DNA of 60,035 bases, counting the filler. It is 4 parts of 4 records of this genome, joined end to end, with 100 filler letters (N's around TTAATTAATTAA, not from the genome) between each part and the next. Parts side by side here need not be neighbours in the genome. Positions count along the whole stretch, not along the records: positions 49,846 to 60,035 come from SRR31156797_137; 3 more parts are not named here. One strand, written 5' to 3'. The position numbers were made by a program, and so were the translations under genes. The notes beneath the pieces are model-generated. The model ran no database searches, was not told where the DNA came from, and was given only the letters and a program-made list of their open reading frames with translations. Every line of letters begins with the position of its first letter. The first letter of the stretch is position 1. Positions 52,218 to 60,035 of this stretch are shown here, one piece after another.

Positions 52218-53310
52218 ACAATTATTAGAGTTTGATAGTTTTGAAAAAGACTATTTAAAATGGGCTAGACTATACTCACTAAATAAATACAATACCTTTG
52301 ATAAAACTAAAGTGAAAGATAGTTTTGATGTAGTTGCACTTGAAGATATGCTATTAAATGAATCAATAGAAAGTATCGAAGAACTACATAAAATAAATAA
52401 CCTGATTAACAGCAGAGGTTTAAAGCAAATGGCTACCTTATCAATGGCTATTAAGAAGTTTTATTATTATGCTAAAGATATAGTAAACTCATTTAATGAG
52501 CTTAATAGTGACTTGATAAAGCAGTATGTAAATAAAGACTGTATAGACCAAAACTTAGTATATAAAACAAGATGTAACTACAAGAATAATTTAGTAGCTT
52601 TTTTGACTTTTGTAAACAATGAAAATAGTGATAAAATCAAATTGGAAATTGAAAAGAAGATTGAAGTTATCTCTAATTCAGATGATAAAAAAAATCCTTA
52701 CAAGCTAATTGATTGGATGGATAGTAAAATGGTAAAACATTTTATTAAGAGTATGGTTTCTTTTGCTTATCCAAATGAGTTTGAAAAATGTAGAGATATA
52801 TTAATTACTAGACTTTTAATTTGTGGTGGATTAGAAGTTACAGAGCTTGTAAATGTAAAAGAAGAAGATTTTACTTTTGAAACAAATTCTATGAGTATCA
52901 ATGTTACTAAAGCAAATGGTAAAACAAGAGAAGTACCTTTGCCTAAAGCTTTATTTATAAGATACTACAATGAATACTTAAAGATAAAAGATAATGAATC
53001 AGATTTGTTTTTTTATAGTCCAAAAGATAAGACTACTCCAATAGAAAAAAACCTAGTAAAAAGTATTGTTGAAAAGCTTGTAGAGTTCTCTAGAATCAAT
53101 GTTAGAGATAAAACACCAAAAATGCTTAGAAAATCTTATATTATATTTATACATAATGAAAAGAATAAAGATGGACTTACACAACCACTTGCAAATGTTC
53201 AAAAATTAAGTGGAATAGAGAATGTATCAGATTTAAAAGAGATATTAAAATATGCAACTGTTGATTTGGTTACAGCTAGTGATGGTTTTGAATCATTAAA
53301 TATAAAATAA
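52210..53310 (+). CDS. XerH-like tyrosine recombinase with degenerate catalytic motifs
   Basis: 366 aa with a XerH-like N-terminus. Box I reads GGLEVTEL; box II reads TPKMLRKSY...VQKLSGI. Confidence 0.75.
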   Translation: MNKQLLEFDSFEKDYLKWARLYSLNKYNTFDKTKVKDSFDVVALEDMLLNESIESIEELHKINNLINSRGLKQMATLSMAIKKFYYYAKDIVNSFNELNSDLIKQYVNKDCIDQNLVYKTRCNYKNNLVAFLTFVNNENSDKIKLEIEKKIEVISNSDDKKNPYKLIDWMDSKMVKHFIKSMVSFAYPNEFEKCRDILITRLLICGGLEVTELVNVKEEDFTFETNSMSINVTKANGKTREVPLPKALFIRYYNEYLKIKDNESDLFFYSPKDKTTPIEKNLVKSIVEKLVEFSRINVRDKTPKMLRKSYIIFIHNEKNKDGLTQPLANVQKLSGIENVSDLKEILKYATVDLVTASDGFESLNIK

Positions 53311-53362
53311 TTCTAATTTATTTAGAATTATTATTGACATTCTCAACAAAAAAGAGTACAAT
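53306..53362 (+). promoter_or_regulatory. Perfect 11-5-11 inverted repeat plus sigma70 promoter facing the ORF array
   Basis: AATAATTCTAA-TTTAT-TTAGAATTATT, then TTGACA(53334)-17 nt-TACAAT(53357). Confidence 0.75.
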
Positions 53363-53414
53363 ACTCTTATAAATAAAAAATAAGCATATTTGATATGCTA
53401 TAAAGGAAAATATA

Positions 53415-53579
53415 GTGATTGAAGCAGCAGAAGAACAAATTTTAGCTAATTTAAATAAATTAGATACAAAAGAGGTTGAAGAGATAGCGGAAAATTATGA
53501 TTATCAATGGGATGAAAATGAATCTACAAGTAGAAATTTAAGAGAACTTGCAGAAGTTATGTTCAATAGAGAATCATAA
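53415..53579 (+). CDS. Small acidic hypothetical protein (54 aa; not in the ORF track)
   Basis: AAGGA SD and GTG start; MIEAAEEQILANLNK...MFNRES*. Confidence 0.65.
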   Translation: MIEAAEEQILANLNKLDTKEVEEIAENYDYQWDENESTSRNLRELAEVMFNRES

Positions 53580-53608
53580 TAAATATACAGTAAAGCAAGG
53601 AGTTCAAT

Positions 53609-54025
53609 ATGATTTTATTAGTTCCAATTAAAAGCGAAAGACTGTCAAGTAGTTGTGTTGTTATAGACTTTGACAACATCGCAAAAGAAGTCACTTTTGA
53701 AGATAAATTTATAGGATTTACAGATAAAAGGTTTACTTTAAAAATTCCAGTTGCTCAATTAAAAAAAGCTATTGAAAACGCAGGATATACAATAGGTATG
53801 CTAAAAAAAGATGTTGAAGTAGTAAAAAGATTCGGAAAATTTTATTACAAGATTGTATTAGACAAAGAAGACAATGTGACTAAGCAAAGAAAAGATTTAA
53901 TGGATAGAAAAAAGAAAAATCTTCTTGCTAAAATTAAAGATAAAGAAGAAGAAATCAAGATTAAAAATGAAGAACTTTTATCAATGAAAGAACTACTAAA
54001 AAAATTAGAAAGAAAATCTGCATAA
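53609..54025 (+). CDS. Hypothetical protein with coiled-coil C-terminus
   Basis: AAGGAG SD. Confidence 0.75.
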   Translation: MILLVPIKSERLSSSCVVIDFDNIAKEVTFEDKFIGFTDKRFTLKIPVAQLKKAIENAGYTIGMLKKDVEVVKRFGKFYYKIVLDKEDNVTKQRKDLMDRKKKNLLAKIKDKEEEIKIKNEELLSMKELLKKLERKSA

Positions 54026-54048
54026 TTATATGCAATAAAGGTTGAGTA

Positions 54049-54354
54049 ATGATTTTTGAGAAAGAAGATATAGTTGAGTTTAATTCACTTTTTGATAAAA
54101 AACTTACTAAAAAAGGTTGTCATACAATAAGTTTCTATGATGGAAAAGATGAAGCACAATTTGAAATAAAAAAAGAGGAAGAAAATGTTTTTTACATTAT
54201 GAGAGCAACAAATAAAAAACATTATGATTGTATCTTTGATTTCAACAAACAATCTATTAAGCAGATTCATACATGGAATTTAGATTTACCAAACAGAATG
54301 ATTAAATCTACTTTCAAAATGGCACTTGATAGATTGAAAAAATTAGAAAATTAA
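54049..54354 (+). CDS. Hypothetical protein
   Basis: AAGG SD within the junction motif. Confidence 0.7.
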   Translation: MIFEKEDIVEFNSLFDKKLTKKGCHTISFYDGKDEAQFEIKKEEENVFYIMRATNKKHYDCIFDFNKQSIKQIHTWNLDLPNRMIKSTFKMALDRLKKLEN

Positions 54355-54582
54355 AGCCAGTCGGATTTTATCAAGTATTTTTCAAAGATGGAAGTTCAAA
54401 TATAGGATGTATAGGAAGATATGATGATAATTATAATGTAAAAGCATCATTATGGATTGCCTTTCCAAATGTATACAATGGGAGTTTTAAAATTACTAAA
54501 AGTTTTGCTAAAACTATAAGCAAAGTAGAAAGAAAATATTAAACCCCAATGAGTAAAATTTAATACAATAAAGGTTCAAAAT

Positions 54583-54753
54583 ATGACAACTATTGAAATT
54601 ACAGAAGAACAACTAGAAGCAATTAAAGACTTAGCTGATGATATACAATCAATGATAGGTGGTGCTGATAATGATGAACACTGGCAAAATTGTATTGATA
54701 AGATAGATGAAGTTTTAGAACAAAATAAATTAACACCAAGAACATTTGGTTAA
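54583..54753 (+). CDS. Small acidic hypothetical protein (56 aa; not in the ORF track)
   Basis: MTTIEITEEQLEAIK...PRTFG*, bounded by junction motifs on both sides. Confidence 0.7.
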   Translation: MTTIEITEEQLEAIKDLADDIQSMIGGADNDEHWQNCIDKIDEVLEQNKLTPRTFG

Positions 54754-54782
54754 TGCAATAAAGTAAGAAGGAAAATTAAAAG

Positions 54783-55133
54783 ATGAAAATTAATACTAAG
54801 AACAAAGAATCAGGATTAAAGGTTTTAGCAATAATTTTATTAATTGTATCAACACCATACTATATGATATTGCTACCAAAAGTATTTTTAGGTTTCGCTG
54901 CTATATATAGTAGTCCTAATGATATGATTGCACATTCATCAATGATGATACTTGGTTTTGTGGCAGCAGTTGGTATGGCTTATAATTCATATAAAATGAT
55001 TGTAGAATGGGATAAAAGTATTCATGTTGTTTTTAAAGAATCTGTTTTTCTTCTTTTTTTAATCTTAGTTTATATAAATACATTGAAAGAACCAACGAGA
55101 GTTATTATTGATTACTTAGAAAGTTTAGTTTAG
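54783..55133 (+). CDS. Membrane protein, hypothetical
   Basis: Three hydrophobic segments; AAGGA SD. Confidence 0.7.
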   Translation: MKINTKNKESGLKVLAIILLIVSTPYYMILLPKVFLGFAAIYSSPNDMIAHSSMMILGFVAAVGMAYNSYKMIVEWDKSIHVVFKESVFLLFLILVYINTLKEPTRVIIDYLESLV

Positions 55134-55150
55134 TAATTGGAAAATATTAA

Positions 55151-55390
55151 ATGATTAATTTTAAAAGCCCACTTACTAAATCAAATTTGTTGATATTGTG
55201 TTTGGTATATATTATTTCAATAGTTTTCTTTTTTACAATAGCTTTTGAACAAAATTTGGAAACCTTTTTTGGTTCTGTTAAAATTGCAACGGTTATTGTA
55301 CTTATTCCTACATTAATAGGTTGGTATCTTTTAAAATGGATATTTGAAGGAATTTATACAATGTTACGAGTAAAAGAAAAAAATAAATAA
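55151..55390 (+). CDS. Small two-TM hypothetical protein
   Basis: Two hydrophobic segments. Confidence 0.65.
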   Translation: MINFKSPLTKSNLLILCLVYIISIVFFFTIAFEQNLETFFGSVKIATVIVLIPTLIGWYLLKWIFEGIYTMLRVKEKNK

Positions 55391-55489
55391 GTATCTAAAA
55401 GGTGCTGTAAGGGATAATATTGCAATGTGTAATACTATTATGTATATTGAATTAAAGTAATAAAATATGATAAAAAAAGGTTGTGAAAA

Positions 55490-56128
55490 ATGGAAACTGC
55501 TACAAAAAAAATAAAAGAAGTTGAAAATGATAATTCAGAGGATAATTCTTTTTTAAAGATCTTTCTAGGATTGATTCTTATAGTAATGTTTTGGGCTTTA
55601 CTAGATAACAAAGAATCTAAAAATAAAGCTCTTGAAGCAGAAGTTAGAAATGTACATTTTGAGTTATATGATTATAAAAAAAATGTAGTATTAAATAATA
55701 AGGCATCAATTACTAAATATATCCAAAGTAACTTTCAAGATATTAATGAATATAGATTAGTTTCAATTGCAAACAATGAAGAATATTCTACATTAACAGT
55801 AATTATTAATGAGCCTATAAAAACGACTAAAAATGAATTAGGATATAGAAAAGATAATTTCTATTTAATTGATGTAAAAATCACTCCTGAAAAGTTGGAA
55901 TTAATTGAGCTTACAAAACAAATACCTTTACAGGTAAACAATAAAAATAAATTGGATAATGAGAAAATTTGGTATCAAAAAATTCACGACTTTTTCCCTA
56001 ATCCCGTAACAGGTTTTATTTTAGGACTTAAGGGATTTGCAAAAAAGGTTAATTCTATGGTTATTGAATCTAAAAGAAGTTCGATTGAAAAGCCAATATA
56101 CTTAGAAAAAATAAATAATCCAAAATGA
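55490..56128 (+). CDS. Membrane-anchored hypothetical protein
   Basis: One N-terminal TM segment; AAGG SD. Confidence 0.7.
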   Translation: METATKKIKEVENDNSEDNSFLKIFLGLILIVMFWALLDNKESKNKALEAEVRNVHFELYDYKKNVVLNNKASITKYIQSNFQDINEYRLVSIANNEEYSTLTVIINEPIKTTKNELGYRKDNFYLIDVKITPEKLELIELTKQIPLQVNNKNKLDNEKIWYQKIHDFFPNPVTGFILGLKGFAKKVNSMVIESKRSSIEKPIYLEKINNPK

Positions 56129-56211
56129 TTAAGTTCAATAGGTCTAACTTTTAATAGTTGGACTGTTTGAGTTTATTAAATTGCACTAAAAAAGTGTTAT
56201 TAAGGAATAAA

Positions 56212-56397
56212 ATGTTTGAAAAAAGAATAGAAGAAATAGAGGGGCTTGGATTAGAATTTATACCTAAATATAATAGCTATTGCTTCAAAGATGTTAATGT
56301 AGGAGTGGTTGAAGTTCAAACAATGAGTGATGAAAAATGGAACAAACTTATTGACGAAATAAAACCAGTTATTGAAGCTAGAAAATCAGCACAATAA
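56212..56397 (+). CDS. Hypothetical protein
   Basis: AAGGA SD then ATG 56212; the stop lies inside a junction motif variant. Confidence 0.7.
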   Translation: MFEKRIEEIEGLGLEFIPKYNSYCFKDVNVGVVEVQTMSDEKWNKLIDEIKPVIEARKSAQ

Positions 56398-56425
56398 ATG
56401 CTATAAAGTTGATTGGGGTAAAGAT

Positions 56426-56764
56426 ATGAATAAAATTATTATAGGTTCAATATTAGCAGCAAGTATTTCTTTTGCTAATAATAATATGGAAGAAGTTGTG
56501 AAGTTTGCTAATGAGATATGTGGTTCTATAAATCTAAATGGTAAAATGGAAAAAATTGATATAGATATACATTTTACAGATAAGAACAAAAAAGAGTTAA
56601 TACAGCTTTTAAAAGATATGGGTTTTGAAGATGTTGAAATTAGGGATAATAGGATAATCAAGAGAAGCTATTCATATAAAGGTATCCCAAGAGAAAAAAT
56701 ATCTCAATCAATGAAAGAGATAAGAAAATGCAAAATGGATATCGTAAAAAGTATGATGCAGTAA
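56426..56764 (+). CDS. Secreted hypothetical protein
   Basis: Signal peptide MNKIIIGSILAASISFA; the stop lies inside the junction motif. Confidence 0.7.
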   Translation: MNKIIIGSILAASISFANNNMEEVVKFANEICGSINLNGKMEKIDIDIHFTDKNKKELIQLLKDMGFEDVEIRDNRIIKRSYSYKGIPREKISQSMKEIRKCKMDIVKSMMQ

Positions 56765-56776
56765 AGAGGTTGTTTT

Positions 56777-57022
56777 ATGAATAAGCAAGAGATTATTGAT
56801 AAAAAGTGTTTTTGTATCTTTTCAAATGAAAATGAATCTAAGTTATTAGAGCTTGGCTTTAAATATTGGATAGGTAGAGGTAATTTAGAGAAAATAAGTT
56901 CTGACAATACTGCACAATTTTTCATATTAGAAGATGATGAAATAAAAACTGGTGTCAATGCAGATATTGTCAATTTTACTGAAATAAAAATAATTGATAA
57001 TAAATTTAATTTAGTACAATAA
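56777..57022 (+). CDS. Hypothetical protein
   Basis: GAGG SD; the stop lies inside the junction motif. Confidence 0.7.
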   Translation: MNKQEIIDKKCFCIFSNENESKLLELGFKYWIGRGNLEKISSDNTAQFFILEDDEIKTGVNADIVNFTEIKIIDNKFNLVQ

Positions 57023-57032
57023 AGGGCTTTTA

Positions 57033-57317
57033 ATGGAAGTGTATTATATTGGCAAAAACAAAAAAGAAACTTCAAAATTTATACATAGTGAGATTGAAAA
57101 GAATGAACTTATCTCTAAGAAAAAAATATTAATAGATGATACAAAACAAGAAATTTATTTAATAGATGGTTACAGTTTAAATAATATATATAAATATCCT
57201 GATGATAGAAAATATTTAGTATTCAAAGATGGTGTTTATGTAAATTCTATATTTCGAGAGTTCTCAAAAAGTTTGTTAAGTCTTATTGAGTCAAAAACTA
57301 TTAAAAACATACAATAA
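57033..57317 (+). CDS. Hypothetical protein
   Basis: Bounded by junction motifs on both sides. Confidence 0.7.
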   Translation: MEVYYIGKNKKETSKFIHSEIEKNELISKKKILIDDTKQEIYLIDGYSLNNIYKYPDDRKYLVFKDGVYVNSIFREFSKSLLSLIESKTIKNIQ

Positions 57318-57325
57318 AGGGTTTA

Positions 57326-57796
57326 GTGATGGATAATTTCTTGAAAACACTAGTTGAATTGGATTTTTTTGAAATGAGTAATGAAGAATTAAATACTTAT
57401 ATAGAAGAGAATAAGGAATCAATCATTGAGGCTTTAACAGTAGATGGTGAACAGTTAGGTGAAGCTATTTTTAAAGATATGAATGAAACTGGTTTTAGAT
57501 ATTTTTTAGATGAATTAAAATTGCGTGGTGATCGTAAATCATCACAAACTCTTTTATTTGAAATTGAAAACTACAATAAAGAAGCTGTAATATGTGCAGG
57601 TATTGGGGTAGATTACAACAGATATATTTTAATTAAAGATTACTTCGTTGAAGAGCTTAAAAAAGTTGATAAACTGGATGAGATTGAGGAGCAACTTATT
57701 CAAACTTGTTGTATAAGTTTTGCAAGAAAAAACAATAATTCTTATAAAGAAGGGATTGAATTTATAATCAATGGGTCACTAAAGAGTAAAGATTAA
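57326..57796 (+). CDS. Acidic hypothetical protein
   Basis: 156-aa ORF following a junction motif. Confidence 0.72.
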   Translation: MMDNFLKTLVELDFFEMSNEELNTYIEENKESIIEALTVDGEQLGEAIFKDMNETGFRYFLDELKLRGDRKSSQTLLFEIENYNKEAVICAGIGVDYNRYILIKDYFVEELKKVDKLDEIEEQLIQTCCISFARKNNNSYKEGIEFIINGSLKSKD

Positions 57797-57891
57797 CTGT
57801 TATGTTTAAAAAAGCACAATAAATGATGAATGATAATCTCTCTAAAAGAGGGATTTCATCTCACTGGAGTAATGAATTAAGGAGTTAGTTA

Positions 57892-58038
57892 ATGTTTAGA
57901 ATAATAATAAAAATCATAAATAATTGGAAAGAGAAAAGAAGAGTCCAAAAAGAAAAAGATAGACTAATTGCCTCACTTGATGAAAGAGGATTATATGAAC
58001 AATCAGCACTTATTGAAGCATTAAGTAGTAAAAAATAA
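57892..58038 (+). CDS. Small hypothetical protein (48 aa; not in the ORF track)
   Basis: AAGGAG SD; MFRIIIKIINNWKEKRR...LSSKK*. Confidence 0.6.
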   Translation: MFRIIIKIINNWKEKRRVQKEKDRLIASLDERGLYEQSALIEALSSKK

Positions 58039-58111
58039 GTATAAGTAGCATCAAAACTTTTTTAAAAAGTTTCTTGATCTGATTAATGTAGAAAAGTTAA
58101 AAAGGATTGGA

Positions 58112-58570
58112 ATGAAGTATATTGAAATAAAAAATAATGGTGAGCATGGTTGGAATTTGGATGCAATTCTAGCTAACTTGGGATATTGTCTATCAAGCAC
58201 TACAGATGATGATTTTTACAAAAAACTTGAAAGAATAGGAAAAAACTTAGCAGTTATAATATTAAATAAATATTCAAAAGATGAACTAATAGAAATGTTC
58301 AAATCTAGCATATCAAATTCACAATACCAAAATTGTTCTTGCGTAAAAAATGAATACAACATAAATAGTTGTCATATTGATTATCTAAGCAGTATGATAA
58401 GTTCTTTATCAGAGTATTCAAATAGAGAAAAAGGTTTATTTAGTAAATATTTTGATAAAAACAACATTATTGATTTCTTTACATTATATTTCACAATTAT
58501 GAAAAATAATAATGAGTTTAAATTTTTACTTGAAGAACCAAGTAGAAATATGCCAAAAGCACATGACTAG
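58112..58570 (+). CDS. Hypothetical protein
   Basis: AAGGA SD. Confidence 0.7.
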   Translation: MKYIEIKNNGEHGWNLDAILANLGYCLSSTTDDDFYKKLERIGKNLAVIILNKYSKDELIEMFKSSISNSQYQNCSCVKNEYNINSCHIDYLSSMISSLSEYSNREKGLFSKYFDKNNIIDFFTLYFTIMKNNNEFKFLLEEPSRNMPKAHD

Positions 58571-58588
58571 TGTAGTAAAGGATAAAGA

Positions 58589-58927
58589 TTGAAAAAGTTA
58601 CTAATATGTTTAATGGTTTTAGGAAGTTCTCTTTTTGGGGAGGAAGTTGTAGAAGTTATTATTCCTTTAGAAGCACATAATTTAAATGTAGGAAGTAAAT
58701 CTACTTTTAAATTGGACAATAAAATAGTTAAATATCAAGTGCTTTCTAAGAACAATACGGAAGTTTGTGTAAAGTCATTAACAAAAGATGTCGAGTTTAT
58801 GAATCAATGTAGAGCTATTTTTAAAAACTCATTAATAAAAGAAGTTGAGTTGAGACTAGAGAATGAAAATTTTAGAGAAGAACTACAAATACTTATTAAC
58901 AAGTATCCTGATATGGATATACGATAA
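58589..58927 (+). CDS. Secreted hypothetical protein
   Basis: Signal peptide MKKLLICLMVLGSSLFG; the stop lies inside a motif variant. Confidence 0.7.
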   Translation: MKKLLICLMVLGSSLFGEEVVEVIIPLEAHNLNVGSKSTFKLDNKIVKYQVLSKNNTEVCVKSLTKDVEFMNQCRAIFKNSLIKEVELRLENENFREELQILINKYPDMDIR

Positions 58928-58937
58928 AGGTTATAAA

Positions 58938-59222
58938 ATGGAAAAACAATTTATAAAAAGTAGTATTGAAAATGAATCTATTGTAAGAATTTTCCAAAAA
59001 AATTACAATAATACGATAAGTCATATCGGTAGTCTTGTTAAAGAGGCAAAAATAGATTTTCCAGACTTAAAAGATAGAGACATAAGAGTCGTTGTTTTGA
59101 GTGGAGAAAGATATGACAGAATGACTGCGATTGAATTTTCTTCACCAAAAAATGAAGTTCCTGAAACTTATTTTGAGTGGACTAGAACAGATGAGCTAGG
59201 ATTCTGTAAAACTTATAATTAA
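58938..59222 (+). CDS. Hypothetical protein
   Basis: AAGG SD then ATG 58938. Confidence 0.7.
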   Translation: MEKQFIKSSIENESIVRIFQKNYNNTISHIGSLVKEAKIDFPDLKDRDIRVVVLSGERYDRMTAIEFSSPKNEVPETYFEWTRTDELGFCKTYN

Positions 59223-59242
59223 ACATGCAATAAAGGAAATAA

Positions 59243-59539
59243 ATGATTACAATATTTGACTTAGGTGGCAATAAAAAAGAATTAGAAACAGAAGAGTTTT
59301 TAGATTTGAACGATGAGTGTCATTCACGTTCTGAGATTACTTTCTTAAAATTTGACCCAGACAATTTAAATGCAGAATTTGATGAATTATTCAGATGTTA
59401 TAACAATAACGGATGTACAGAGTTAAATACTGATGATCAAAATTTTGATGAAGATAGAAGTTTTTTATGTTGCAATAAAGATATTAATTTTAAAGAACTT
59501 GAAATTAATACAGATAATAGTTTTTCTATGGATTTATAG
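59243..59539 (+). CDS. Acidic hypothetical protein
   Basis: AAGGA SD within the junction motif. Confidence 0.7.
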   Translation: MITIFDLGGNKKELETEEFLDLNDECHSRSEITFLKFDPDNLNAEFDELFRCYNNNGCTELNTDDQNFDEDRSFLCCNKDINFKELEINTDNSFSMDL

Positions 59540-59595
59540 AAACAACACATAATTAACAAATAATATTAATAAGAAAAAGACTAATAAGGAAAAAA

Positions 59596-59721
59596 ATGTT
59601 TTTAACTAGACTAAAAGAACAATTAACTAATTTGACTCCAATACAATGGTTATTTGGATTAGGTTTATTTTATGTAATAGGCTTAATAAATGGATTTCTA
59701 TTCTTAAAATACTTAATTTAG
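59596..59721 (+). CDS. 41-aa single-TM peptide (not in the ORF track)
   Basis: AAGGA SD; MFLTRLKEQLTNLTPIQWLFGLGLFYVIGLINGFLFLKYLI*. Confidence 0.6.
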   Translation: MFLTRLKEQLTNLTPIQWLFGLGLFYVIGLINGFLFLKYLI

Positions 59722-59735
59722 AACAAGGATAAATA

Positions 59736-60011
59736 ATGAAAAGATTACTGTTAGGATTGATATTATCTGTAACTATGTCACCTGCAATTTCAGTTGTTGA
59801 ATTATCAGAATTAGAATATAAGAGAGGTGATGTTATTACAGTAAAGCTTGGTTTAATAAACTCAAATGGATATCCTGTTTGCATTGGAAGAACACTATTT
59901 TTCAATTATCCAAAAGTATCTTATCAATTATTTGATCATAAGAATAAAAGACCTTATAAATGTAGAGCTGAACAAAACAGAGAAAAAGAATATAAGATAA
60001 TAATTGAGTAA
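59736..60011 (+). CDS. Secreted hypothetical protein
   Basis: AAGGA SD; signal peptide. Confidence 0.68.
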   Translation: MKRLLLGLILSVTMSPAISVVELSELEYKRGDVITVKLGLINSNGYPVCIGRTLFFNYPKVSYQLFDHKNKRPYKCRAEQNREKEYKIIIE

Positions 60012-60035
60012 GATAAAATCTAAAATTTAAGTGAA

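Larger units (their letters stand above)
53396..59235 (+). repeat. Dispersed junction motif TRCARTAAAG(G)
   Basis: Exact copies at 53586, 54031, 54564, 54754, 56757, 57015, 57310 and 59226; variants at 53396, 56390, 56399, 57815, 58571 and 58920. Confidence 0.85.
49846..60035. mobile_element. Phage/plasmid/ICE-like accessory region, Campylobacterota-like
   Basis: Very AT-rich, AAGG(A) SD usage, XerH-like recombinase, many small orphan ORFs, no housekeeping genes. Confidence 0.6.

Noticed and set aside
52210-53362. Chromosomal xerH/difH locus
   Set aside because: The catalytic motifs are eroded, the flanking palindrome does not resemble difH as I recall it, and there is no housekeeping context.
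52210-60035. Classical integron
   Set aside because: The recombinase is XerH-like with no recognisable IntI features, and no RYYYAAC...GTTRRRY attC sites were seen at the junctions.

Overview
The window is an artificial concatenation of four unrelated contigs, joined by 100-nt N/TTAATTAATTAA spacers at 9663-9762, 23399-23498 and 49746-49845. (1) 1-9662, possibly Desulfobacterota: the 3' end of an RTX adhesin converges on a Lap-type type I secretion operon (TolC, LapG, LapD, ABC, HlyD, LuxR-type regulator), with an unannotated c-di-GMP-I riboswitch in its leader. (2) 9763-23398, Bacteroidales: an OprC-like TonB receptor, fbaA, mutY, HU, a missed 29-aa basic ribosomal-type protein, RNase G/E, trpS, hflX, lnt and a T9SS cargo gene. 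(3) 23499-49745, Marinifilum-like Bacteroidota: a sulfite reductase/siroheme operon preceded by two tandem Cys/Met-rich leader-peptide attenuators, plus housekeeping and accessory genes (AgcS symporter, S9 peptidase, mutS2, partial recQ). (4) 49846-60035, a very AT-rich Campylobacterota-like mobile element: a DUF2726 nuclease-fold gene overlaps a XerH-like tyrosine recombinase whose catalytic motifs are eroded. A shared inverted repeat plus a sigma70 promoter sits on each side of this pair. About 20 small co-directional ORFs follow, and most of their junctions carry a conserved TRCARTAAAG motif that often supplies the stop codon. The best candidates for new biology are this cassette-like array and the tandem sulfur attenuators. 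All family and taxon calls come from motif recognition, not database searches.
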